DNA from: Promethearchaeum syntrophicum
GTDB taxonomy: Archaea; Asgardarchaeota; Lokiarchaeia; Sigyniarchaeales; Promethearchaeaceae
Reading direction: 5' to 3'
Assembly: GCF_008000775.2 (NCBI RefSeq)
Contig: NZ_CP042905.2
Coordinates: forward strand, 2,730,001 to 2,762,000
Length of the DNA: 32,000 bases
Shown: positions 8,787-17,250 of the stretch, one piece after another
How positions within the stretch are numbered: position 1 is the stretch's first letter
How the letters are laid out: each line of letters begins with the position of its first letter
Notes under the pieces: model-generated
The model's input: the letters and a program-made list of their open reading frames with translations, nothing else
Databases searched by the model: none
Told to the model about the DNA's origin: nothing
Translations under genes and position numbers: made by a program

Positions 8787-10214
8787 ATGAATTCTATAAT
8801 AAAAATGGAAGAGACAACAACAAAATTAGTTCTATTAGGGAGGGGAGGGGTAGGTAAAACTACGCTAAGAAAAATTTTCTTTGATAGAGAAAGTCCTTTA
8901 GTACTAATAAAAGATAATCTAACACCAACTTTAGGGGCTGAAGTTAATTCCTACAACTTGGGATTGAACATTGCCGTTCATGATTTAGCAGGGCAAGAAT
9001 TAAATCATTGGTTGACTGATGGTAGTGGTGCCTTAGATTTATCTGATATAATCCTTGTTGTTTTAGAGTGTTCAGATGATTGGGATGAAAATCTTCAGAT
9101 TATTAAGCAAGTTCAACAAATTCAATCTAAGAATGTACCCTCAGCCGTCATTATTGCATTCTTTCATAAAATTGATCTGCTAACGAGTCTTCAACTTGAT
9201 ACCTTAAAAGCAAGAATTAATGAATTTCGAGAAAATAATGACTTGAATGTTAAAATCTTTCTAACGAGCATTCAAGAGAAACATATTCTAGAAACATTTT
9301 GGGCATTTATTCAATCATTAAAACTGGGAATGTGTCGTAAAAATAACACAAATTTTCGAGATTATATTCTTAAATTGGAATTACTTAGATATTTTACTAA
9401 AAACTCTAAAGCAGATTTGAATGTTTTAGAGAAAGATTTAAAAATTAAACGTGAATATATTCAGTGGTATCTACATCAACTATTTGGAGATGGAACCCTA
9501 GATTTAGAACCGAATTCTGAAGTTGTTACAATCGGGAAAAAAGGGATTGCAACACTAAATACTCTCAAATACGCTTTAAACCCAAAAACAAAAGAAATTT
9601 TGCTCTCAGAACGAGATTATATTAAAGGAGTTATCCTTTCAGATAAAACTGGGATCCCTTTTTATACTTATGAAGAGGTACCTGGTTTCTTTAATACATT
9701 AGTAGTTGATGAAAGAACTAGTTCGGAACCAGGAATAATTTCGATGTTTTTTGCACAAATTGTGGAGTTTGGTAAGACTATGGATTATAACGGGTTAACC
9801 AATTTCCAATTTGGAGGGCATAATCTAAAGATTGCCTCGCTTCTAAGTAAGGGAGTACTTGCAATTTTTTTTGTTGATAGAATTCAAATTGACCAAGGAA
9901 GCATGAAAATTTTAGAAGAATTTTTAAAATCCGTTTTTACCAATTATGGGGATTCCATTTATAATTATTTTGTTTCTAACAACCCCCTAGATATTGCCCG
10001 ACTTAGTAGAAATCTCAAAGATGATATAGAAAGCTTAGATGTCATCTTAAAATCGCATCATCAGAACAAATCAGAATTTACAAAAGAGAAATTACTCGAA
10101 ATGTATTTAAATCTCACGGAAGAGAAGATGGATAAAATATCTAGTAGGGATATGAAATCACTTTTGTTTCAATATCTAATCATGGAAAGCCCAGACACTT
10201 TGAAAGAAATTTAG
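8787..10214 (+). CDS. Ras-superfamily small GTPase (Rag/Gtr-like) with a probable winged-helix middle region and a roadblock/longin-like C-terminal domain
   Basis: G1 GRGGVGKTT, G2 Thr in PTLGAE, G3 DLAGQE, G4 HKID (His in place of Asn, as in Rag/Gtr GTPases). Residues ~190-260 look wHTH-like. Residues ~275-400 (YIKGVILSDKTGIPFYTYEE...GVLAIFFVD) fit the roadblock/MglB-type alpha-beta pattern. Confidence 0.75.
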   Translation: MNSIIKMEETTTKLVLLGRGGVGKTTLRKIFFDRESPLVLIKDNLTPTLGAEVNSYNLGLNIAVHDLAGQELNHWLTDGSGALDLSDIILVVLECSDDWDENLQIIKQVQQIQSKNVPSAVIIAFFHKIDLLTSLQLDTLKARINEFRENNDLNVKIFLTSIQEKHILETFWAFIQSLKLGMCRKNNTNFRDYILKLELLRYFTKNSKADLNVLEKDLKIKREYIQWYLHQLFGDGTLDLEPNSEVVTIGKKGIATLNTLKYALNPKTKEILLSERDYIKGVILSDKTGIPFYTYEEVPGFFNTLVVDERTSSEPGIISMFFAQIVEFGKTMDYNGLTNFQFGGHNLKIASLLSKGVLAIFFVDRIQIDQGSMKILEEFLKSVFTNYGDSIYNYFVSNNPLDIARLSRNLKDDIESLDVILKSHHQNKSEFTKEKLLEMYLNLTEEKMDKISSRDMKSLLFQYLIMESPDTLKEI

Positions 10215-10292
10215 CATATCTGTGAGAGAGGATTCACGCAAATATCGATGACTTTATATTTCGTTTGAAATGAAATAACATAAGAGAATCAT

Positions 10293-11177
10293 ATGAAAAT
10301 AATCGAAGTTGATCACGGAAAATGCATTAATTGCCTGGAATGTGTCGCAGAATGCCCATCACACTTGTTTTTTAAGGAAACCGTCGATTCGGAAAATCAA
10401 GTGGTATTTGTTGATCCGTATTCCAATTGTATTCAATGTGGGCATTGCCTTTCAATCTGCCCAACAGATGCGATAATCTATCAAAGTGTTGAAAAAATGA
10501 TTAAGATTCAAAAAAATTCAATGGATGTTAAGACTTTGTTTCCACAACTAAAATTGCTTTTACAAACTAGACGTTCCATCCGTAGATATCATCCTGAACC
10601 TGTTTCAGAATCGAATATAAAAGAAATATTAGATGTAATGAAGTATGCTCCAAGTGCAAGCAATGCGCGGGCGTGGAAATTTTTAATTTTAACCGATCCA
10701 AAGAAGATTCAAACATTATCTCAAAAAATTGTTAAAACCATTGGCTTAACCCGGAAACTGGTCTCAAATTTCTTCGTAAAAAATTTTTTCATTTGGGGTC
10801 AACTGAGAAAAACAATACGAGAACCGAGTTTCGTTGTTTCGATGGACAGGATTACGGCAGATTCACTTGCTGGTAAGGATCCTATATTTTTTAATGCTCC
10901 ATGTGTAGTATTTCTCTATTCTCCAAATTATGGAAACCTTGCAGGGTGTGATAGTGGAATAATATCAACTTACGGAATGTTAGCTGCAGAAACTCTTGGA
11001 TTAGGTTCTTGTTGGATTGGACTTGCTCAAGAACCTCTTCAGAGACTCAGATCATTAAGTAAGTTTATTGGAATTCCCCGTAGACACACTGTATGGGGAT
11101 GTTTTATTCTTGGAAAACCTGTACCGAATTTTAAAAACATTCCTCCAAAAACAGATTTATCTGTAAAGAGAATTTAA
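10293..11177 (+). CDS. 2x[4Fe-4S] ferredoxin domain fused to a nitroreductase-family flavoprotein
   Basis: Two CxxCxxCxxxCP motifs (CINCLECVAECP, CIQCGHCLSICP). These are followed by the nitroreductase signature RRSIRRY and the SASNARAW segment. Confidence 0.8.
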   Translation: MKIIEVDHGKCINCLECVAECPSHLFFKETVDSENQVVFVDPYSNCIQCGHCLSICPTDAIIYQSVEKMIKIQKNSMDVKTLFPQLKLLLQTRRSIRRYHPEPVSESNIKEILDVMKYAPSASNARAWKFLILTDPKKIQTLSQKIVKTIGLTRKLVSNFFVKNFFIWGQLRKTIREPSFVVSMDRITADSLAGKDPIFFNAPCVVFLYSPNYGNLAGCDSGIISTYGMLAAETLGLGSCWIGLAQEPLQRLRSLSKFIGIPRRHTVWGCFILGKPVPNFKNIPPKTDLSVKRI

Positions 11178-11232
11178 TCTGTAAGGAGAACCAAAAAAAA
11201 CCAAAATAAAAGGATAGGACGCAGCAGATTAT

Positions 11233-12246
11233 ATGAAAATTTTAGTGACGGGTGCCAATGGTTTTATCGGGAGTAATTTCTGTAAATTCTTAGTCTCTCA
11301 ACAGATTTTTCCCAGGGTTTTTATACGGAAAAATTGTGATATGTCTCTTTTTAAACAATTAGTCCCCGAATGGAAGCAATTAGAATATGTATATGGAGAT
11401 TTACGTGATAAATCCTCAATTCGTCCAGCGGTCCGAGGCGTAGAATATATATTTCATATCGCAGGAACAATAAAGGGTAGCTCTTGGATTGAATTTTATG
11501 AAGGCAATTGTTTAGGTACTTTAAATTTAATCAAAATTTGCGAAGAAGAAAATCCCGATATCAAAAGACTTGTGTTTACTTCTTCGATGGTAGCTGGAGG
11601 TCCAGGAACCCCTGAATCTCCACAATGCGAGGATACTCCTTCAAAACCGTTAGAAAATGACTGGTACGGTATCTCAAAATACTACACAGAATGTTGCTCA
11701 AAAAAGCAGACTAATAAACTTCCGATTGTAATAATCCGACCTCCGATGGTTATTGGTCCAGGGGATAAAATATCGTTCGATCTTTTTAATATTGCGAAAA
11801 TAGGCATTAAAGTCTTTGTCTCTGGAACCCCCCGCCAATTTAGCATGGTCCATGTGGAGGATTTAGTGAAAGGAATCTTCTTATGTGGTACTCATCCTAA
11901 AGCAATCGGAGAAACCTTTAATTTTGCTTACGATGGAACTATCAGTTATCGAGACTTGCATGAAGTTATTGCTACCAAATTATTTCATCGAAAATATGGC
12001 AATTTGATTCCAATTCCGATTCCCCCCCCATTATTCTATTTTGTTGGGCTAATTTTGGAACTTGTGAGTAAAATTTCACACGAACCGCCATTCTTAAATC
12101 GACCAAAAGCAATTCAAGCATCCGCTTCTGGTCAAACGATGAGTAACCAAAAAGCGAAGCAAATTTTAGGATGGAAACCCAAATTTAGTAAAATTTCCGC
12201 ACTAGAACATGCCGGAAGATGGTATCAGCAACAAAAATGGTTATAG
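11233..12246 (+). CDS. NAD(P)-dependent epimerase/dehydratase (extended SDR)
   Basis: N-terminal Rossmann motif VTGANGFIGSNF. Catalytic YxxxK (YGISKYY) preceded by TSS. Confidence 0.8.
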   Translation: MKILVTGANGFIGSNFCKFLVSQQIFPRVFIRKNCDMSLFKQLVPEWKQLEYVYGDLRDKSSIRPAVRGVEYIFHIAGTIKGSSWIEFYEGNCLGTLNLIKICEEENPDIKRLVFTSSMVAGGPGTPESPQCEDTPSKPLENDWYGISKYYTECCSKKQTNKLPIVIIRPPMVIGPGDKISFDLFNIAKIGIKVFVSGTPRQFSMVHVEDLVKGIFLCGTHPKAIGETFNFAYDGTISYRDLHEVIATKLFHRKYGNLIPIPIPPPLFYFVGLILELVSKISHEPPFLNRPKAIQASASGQTMSNQKAKQILGWKPKFSKISALEHAGRWYQQQKWL

Positions 12247-12316
12247 TTTTGTTAGTTTTTTTAAGATTATTTCCTTTTTCTTTTAGTAAACATACGTTTG
12301 CATTAATCTTTATATA

Positions 12317-12352
12317 ATAATGCATCTTACCCTCATAAAACAGATGCATTAT
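12317..12352. repeat. Perfect 11-bp inverted repeat (ataatgcatct / agatgcattat) with a 14-nt spacer in the intergenic region
   Basis: Read directly from the sequence: 12317-12327 is the exact reverse complement of 12342-12352. It lies between the epimerase stop (12246) and the next start (12437). Confidence 0.6.
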
Positions 12353-12436
12353 ATCCCAAAATATTACATATATTCACATTTTAATTAATTCTTTTCTTAC
12401 GGAAAGGTTTTAATATTTTGAACTCATTTTTGTCAT

Positions 12437-12622
12437 ATGAAAGAATTTAATGGATTATTTCTATTTGCTATATTAGGGCTTTTAACTGCCATTGCTTTTG
12501 GGATTACTATGAGCATTTATTCGAATTTTACAATATTCGGGAATTTCTTACTGATAGCTATTTTTATCTTGTTTTTTATCGGTTTATATGGAATTGCATT
12601 TATGGTTAGAAAAGAAAAATAA
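12437..12622 (+). CDS. Small two-helix membrane protein (hypothetical)
   Basis: 61-aa ORF with an ATG start and two clear hydrophobic helices. No other support. Confidence 0.4.
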   Translation: MKEFNGLFLFAILGLLTAIAFGITMSIYSNFTIFGNFLLIAIFILFFIGLYGIAFMVRKEK

Positions 12623-12751
12623 TGCATCAATCTAGAAAGTATCAGAAAATTGCTCTTCTGCGAATTTTACTTTCTTTTTATATGTAGCATTGAGGATTGA
12701 ATTATAATTTGAAATAAAGAATCTATAATAGAAAAGAAACTTAAATTACTC

Positions 12752-12967
12752 ATGAAATCTAATATGGGAAAGAAAGATCGAATGATTCGATCGATTGTAG
12801 GCGCAATCTTATTGATTGTAGGGTTGTTGCTTGGATTTTTGAATGCATGGAATTGGATTCCAATTGTCTTACTTATATTTGCCACTGTCTTTATTCTCAC
12901 TGCAATTATTGGGTTCTGTCCGCTTTATTGTCCCTTCAAAATATCAACGAAAAAGTCTGACAAGTAA
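12752..12967 (+). CDS. DUF2892 (YgaP-like) small membrane protein
   Basis: The 71-aa pattern D-R-x-I-R-x-x-x-G, two TM helices and the C-terminal GFCPLY motif are characteristic of DUF2892. Confidence 0.65.
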   Translation: MKSNMGKKDRMIRSIVGAILLIVGLLLGFLNAWNWIPIVLLIFATVFILTAIIGFCPLYCPFKISTKKSDK

Positions 12968-13275
12968 GATAGTAGTTTATTTGCATGTAGCAACGTATCC
13001 TTTTTTTCTTAATTTTCCTTTTTTTAAGAGAAATATCTGCATAAATAAAACCTGCGTTTGATAATTTTATGATTCCCGAAAAATTGTATATTTTATTTTC
13101 TTTTTTTAATTTGAGAAGTATTTTTATTATTCCATTGGATTCTGTTGTATTTATTCCACCATTTCGACTTTCGAATATGGAACGTCATCATGAAATTTTA
13201 AATATAAAAGAACGGTCTATTTTTCCAATACCCTCAAAACTAAGAGTCTTCACTGGTTGGTACTAATTAGATAAC

Positions 13276-15234
13276 TTATAGCCAACGTAAAAGAATTTTT
13301 TTAACTTCATTGATGGTAAATGGTTTTTCAAGCACACCTTTAAAATTATACTCTGAGAAATTTGCCATCACAGGATCAGTAGAATACCCACTAGAAACGA
13401 TTGCTGTGACATCTGGATCAATTTTTACTAATGCTTCGATCGTATCTTTTCCGCCCATTCCCCCTGGAATTGTTAAATCCATGATAACGATATCATAGGG
13501 GTCATTGTTTTGAAGTGCTTGTTCATATAATTGTAAGATATTATAGCCGTCTGTGACAAAATCAGCTTTTTGATTTAGGATATGGAACATTTTTTTTAAT
13601 AATTTTATTACTGTACTATCATCTTCTAAAACAAGTATTTTACCCCTTTTTGTTAATACTATGTCAATTTCTTTTTTATCATGTTCTACTGCTTGTTGTG
13701 ATACTGGTAGAAAGATATCAAAAGTTGTTCCAACATCTACCGTCGATGTGAACGATATCTTCCCATTGTGTTTTTTAATTATTGAATAAACTGTTGCAAG
13801 ACCCAATCCATTTCCATTGGGTTTGGTGGAGAAATAAGGGGAAAATATCTTTTTTTGAACTTGGGGAGGGATCCCTATACCTTGATCTGATATTGAAATT
13901 TTTATATATTGTCCAGGTTTTAACATAACTTTCCTATCCAATTCTTTAAATTGAATTTGAGAAAGGGCAATTGTGATAATTCCTCCATGTTCCATAGCTT
14001 GATCAGCATTTAATAGAATATTATTAATTACTTGTTCAATTTGCCCAGCATCCACATTCACTGGTGGAACTTTATCATGAGGAAGAAATTTGCATATTGA
14101 TTTGGATCCTGGCATTACCAGCTTCATTGAAAATTCAATAATCTTTTCAATATCTTGAGCTTTTTTAATTGGTTCTCCGCCTTTTGAGAATGTCAGTAAC
14201 TGTCTGGTGAGAGCTGTAGCTTTTTTGGTAGCTTCGGAAATATCTTCTAACATTTCACCAATTTCTGAGCTGAAATTCTCTTCTGAATGTTGGATAAGAT
14301 TTACATTCCCTAAAATTCCCACTAAGATATTATTAAAATCATGAGCAAGTCCTCCTGCTAAAATTCCCACTGAATCTAACTTCTGACTTTGATATTTCTC
14401 AAATTCTAATTTCTTTAATTCTGTAATATCTCTCCCCACACCATATATTTCCTGTATATTTCCCTCTGAATCAAATAACGGAGATGCATTGGTCGAAAAA
14501 TTACGATAACTCCCATTTTTTGCTTTAAATCGATACTCTACATTCCTAATTTCCTTACCTTCTAATAATGGTAGTTTTGCTTTGATTAATCCTTCTAAGT
14601 CTTCAGGGTGGATCAAATGCGAAATATCTTTATGCAATAGTTCTTCGTTTGAATATCCTAATGTTTTATTAAATGTTGGATTGATATAGATAAATTCTCC
14701 GTGTAAATCCTCGCTGAATATAAAGTCGGTAGAAAATTCAACGAGATTTTTATATTTTTCTTCACTTTCACGTAATTTTTTTTCCGCAGTTCTTTGGTCA
14801 GTAATATCAATCAGAGAACTGATTATATATTCTTCACTCTCAATCTCAATAATTTCGGCTGAGACCAATGCAATGAGTTTCTGGCGGGATTTTGTACGAA
14901 ACATCATCTCCAAATTACTGACTTTTCCATCCCGTATTAGCCGATTTTTAAATTTTTCTCGTGATTCTTCTGAATAAATATTTAGACTTGTTGATGTCTG
15001 TCCTATTGCTTCACTTCTGGTATACTCTAATGATTTCACAAATGCTTCATTCACATCTATAAACAATCCATCTTTCAATTTAGTTAAAGCCGTTATAATT
15101 GGATTTGAATAAAATATTTTCGAAAATTTTAGCTGCTTTTCCAACTGTGAGATATAGACGAGCGCATCATCTAATGACTTTAAATGCTCTTTTTTTTTCC
15201 TGTTTTGTATATCTTGAGTGGATTGTTTTAACAT
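13276..15234 (-). CDS. Hybrid sensor histidine kinase (PAS-PAS-HisKA-HATPase_c-receiver)
   Basis: H-box GLAHDFNNIL, N-box NNILLNADQAM, G-boxes DQGIGI and GNGLGL. C-terminal receiver with ILVLEDD and IVIMDLTIPGGMGG. Two PAS-like segments lie upstream. Confidence 0.85.
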   Translation of the reverse strand: MLKQSTQDIQNRKKKEHLKSLDDALVYISQLEKQLKFSKIFYSNPIITALTKLKDGLFIDVNEAFVKSLEYTRSEAIGQTSTSLNIYSEESREKFKNRLIRDGKVSNLEMMFRTKSRQKLIALVSAEIIEIESEEYIISSLIDITDQRTAEKKLRESEEKYKNLVEFSTDFIFSEDLHGEFIYINPTFNKTLGYSNEELLHKDISHLIHPEDLEGLIKAKLPLLEGKEIRNVEYRFKAKNGSYRNFSTNASPLFDSEGNIQEIYGVGRDITELKKLEFEKYQSQKLDSVGILAGGLAHDFNNILVGILGNVNLIQHSEENFSSEIGEMLEDISEATKKATALTRQLLTFSKGGEPIKKAQDIEKIIEFSMKLVMPGSKSICKFLPHDKVPPVNVDAGQIEQVINNILLNADQAMEHGGIITIALSQIQFKELDRKVMLKPGQYIKISISDQGIGIPPQVQKKIFSPYFSTKPNGNGLGLATVYSIIKKHNGKISFTSTVDVGTTFDIFLPVSQQAVEHDKKEIDIVLTKRGKILVLEDDSTVIKLLKKMFHILNQKADFVTDGYNILQLYEQALQNNDPYDIVIMDLTIPGGMGGKDTIEALVKIDPDVTAIVSSGYSTDPVMANFSEYNFKGVLEKPFTINEVKKILLRWL

Positions 15235-15559
15235 GCTTTTCGCCTTCTAAATTGAATTTAAAATGGGGGATAACGTTGTAATTAGTTTTACCGACTTTAA
15301 ATTTTTAATCCAAATAGAAAGTAATCAAAAGGGCAATTTTGATTATAATTTCATCATTCCTAAACAAAATTTTATTGTTAAGAGTTTTATACATTTCCCC
15401 TCTATTGCCCTCAATTGTGCCAATTAAATCATCCTATCTACTTTTACTGTTAACATTTCATTTTTCAAAATACATTCTAAATAGAAAAAAACTTAGATGT
15501 TGGAGATTTCCTCACAGATTTTTCTAGAATTTTAACAAAGTGAGTGAAGAAAAAAGTAT

Positions 15560-16471
15560 ATGAATATGCGGATATTGATTTCGAATAATGAGAAGGAAAA
15601 AAATAAGGAAATTAACGTAAATATGATAAAGCAGAGTTTTCAGATTTGTGAGGGGATAGGAGAGCTAACTGAACAAAAATTATGGCAATTGGGATTTCAA
15701 AATTGGGACAAAATTCTACAATCTAAAATGCCAGAGTCATTTTCCCGAGCAAAATGGCGTAACCTACAATCAGAACTGGTTAAATTTAAGACCATATTGG
15801 ATAAAAATGATTTTTCCGAATTCAATAAGGTATGTCCTTCAAAATTACTTTGGAGATCCATTCCAGAATTATTTGGAAAAATCGCTTTTCTTGATATTGA
15901 AACAACGGGATTAAACAGATTTCGCAATAAAATCACAACAATTGCGGTGTACGATGGAATTCAATGTCATAATTTTGTTAATGGAAAGAATCTTGATGAT
16001 TTTCCAGAGTTTATTAAGAAGTTTCCTGCTATCGCCACATATTACGGGAAAGGTTTTGATATCCCGTTTATAAACCATAAATTGGGGATTCATATGGATC
16101 AAATTCATTATGATTTATGCTTTCTCTTAAGAAAAGTAGGAATTACCGGAGGTTTAAAGTCAATCGAAAAACAATTTAAAATCTCCCGGGGAAATATGGC
16201 AGATCTAGATGGGTATTCAGCTGTTGTCTTGTGGAAAAAATACCAAAAAACGAAGGAGGAAAAATATCTACACACCCTACTGGCGTATAATAATGAAGAT
16301 GTCATTAATCTTGAACCTCTTCTTTGTATTGCTTACAATAAACTAATCCGAAAATTTGACACTCCCTTTAAAAAATTAGTAAATCCAGTCAAAAAAATTC
16401 CCAATCCTTTTATTGCAGATAAATCTGTAATCAAAGAATTAAAAAGGGAAACGTTGTCATATTTTCCTTGA
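15560..16471 (+). CDS. RNase H-fold DEDD-type 3'-5' exonuclease (YprB/PF13482-like) with an N-terminal helix-hairpin-helix-like segment
   Basis: Exo motifs FLDIETTG (DxE), YGKGFDIPFI and AYNNEDVINL (Y-x3-D). HhH-like CEGIGELTEQKLWQLGF near the N-terminus. The true start may be the internal ATG at 15623. Confidence 0.7.
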   Translation: MNMRILISNNEKEKNKEINVNMIKQSFQICEGIGELTEQKLWQLGFQNWDKILQSKMPESFSRAKWRNLQSELVKFKTILDKNDFSEFNKVCPSKLLWRSIPELFGKIAFLDIETTGLNRFRNKITTIAVYDGIQCHNFVNGKNLDDFPEFIKKFPAIATYYGKGFDIPFINHKLGIHMDQIHYDLCFLLRKVGITGGLKSIEKQFKISRGNMADLDGYSAVVLWKKYQKTKEEKYLHTLLAYNNEDVINLEPLLCIAYNKLIRKFDTPFKKLVNPVKKIPNPFIADKSVIKELKRETLSYFP

Positions 16472-16545
16472 AATGGAGTAATAAAACAATAATGAATATT
16501 TTTTGAAATATAATCTATTCTTTCAAGCAAAGGAGAACCCATATT

Positions 16546-17187
16546 ATGACAAGTTTAAGTAAAAAGAATATCAATTGCCCCAAATGTCATCAATCTTTTT
16601 CCATTATTACTGAAGCGTCTATAAATACATGGATGAATCCTGAATTAGTGGAAAAATTTCTAAACGATCAGTATTACTTTTCTTGCCCATTTTGCGGGGC
16701 AACCGTCCATTTTGGGCACACTATGATTATCAGTGGTCCGAAAGGAATGTTCTCCATGCGAAATGATGCATCTTATGATAGTAAGAAAGCCAAATTAATA
16801 GAATATGGGGTTCTACAAGGTGAGGGGCAAGATAGTTCCAGCTACGTAAAGGAAACAATCAGTAATTTGGAAAAAACCAAAAAGGAAAATATAGAGCGAA
16901 AAAAGCAAAAAAACCCCCAGATTACGCTAAAAACCATGATTTTAGAATTATATTCCGTACTTCGCAGCAAAAGGTTTAAAGAGATGAAAATTGACAATTT
17001 TGATTGGAATGACTATAATAAAATAACTTTAAAAATAAATGAAGAGCAAGAACGGGAACACAACCCAAATTATTCCAATCCTCTGAGTGATAATTCAGCT
17101 TTATTGGAAGATGATGAAGAATTGATGAACACCTGGAAAAAAATTAAAGAAATTATGGCGCAAGAACAGCGACCTTTACGATCATAG
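16546..17187 (+). CDS. CpXC-domain zinc-ribbon protein with a charged C-terminal tail
   Basis: Two CPxC motifs (CPKCHQ ... CPFCGA) spaced as in PF14353. The C-terminal half is K/E-rich. Confidence 0.6.
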   Translation: MTSLSKKNINCPKCHQSFSIITEASINTWMNPELVEKFLNDQYYFSCPFCGATVHFGHTMIISGPKGMFSMRNDASYDSKKAKLIEYGVLQGEGQDSSSYVKETISNLEKTKKENIERKKQKNPQITLKTMILELYSVLRSKRFKEMKIDNFDWNDYNKITLKINEEQEREHNPNYSNPLSDNSALLEDDEELMNTWKKIKEIMAQEQRPLRS

Positions 17188-17250
17188 GGGGACTATTCAT
17201 TCTTCAAAGAAATGTAAAAAATATATAAATAAAAATCATTCCCCAAAATG

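Noticed and set aside
12667-13266. ORFs 12667..12900(-), 12843..13061(+) and 13069..13266(+) around the DUF2892 gene and the following spacer
   Set aside because: The first two overlap the DUF2892 ORF, which has a family-specific motif. The third lies in a convergent 3' spacer, has no motif and has hydrophobic low-complexity composition. I cannot support any of them.
15339-15527. ORF 15339..15527(+) in the divergent promoter region between the kinase and the exonuclease
   Set aside because: It has a non-ATG start, an L/I/S-rich low-complexity translation, and sits where two promoters are expected.
15697-16542. Chain of four minus-strand ORFs (15697..15936, 15911..16108, 16108..16305, 16333..16542) opposite the exonuclease gene
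   Set aside because: The plus-strand ORF contains all three DEDD exonuclease motifs in the right order. The antisense ORFs are short, mutually interrupted and featureless.
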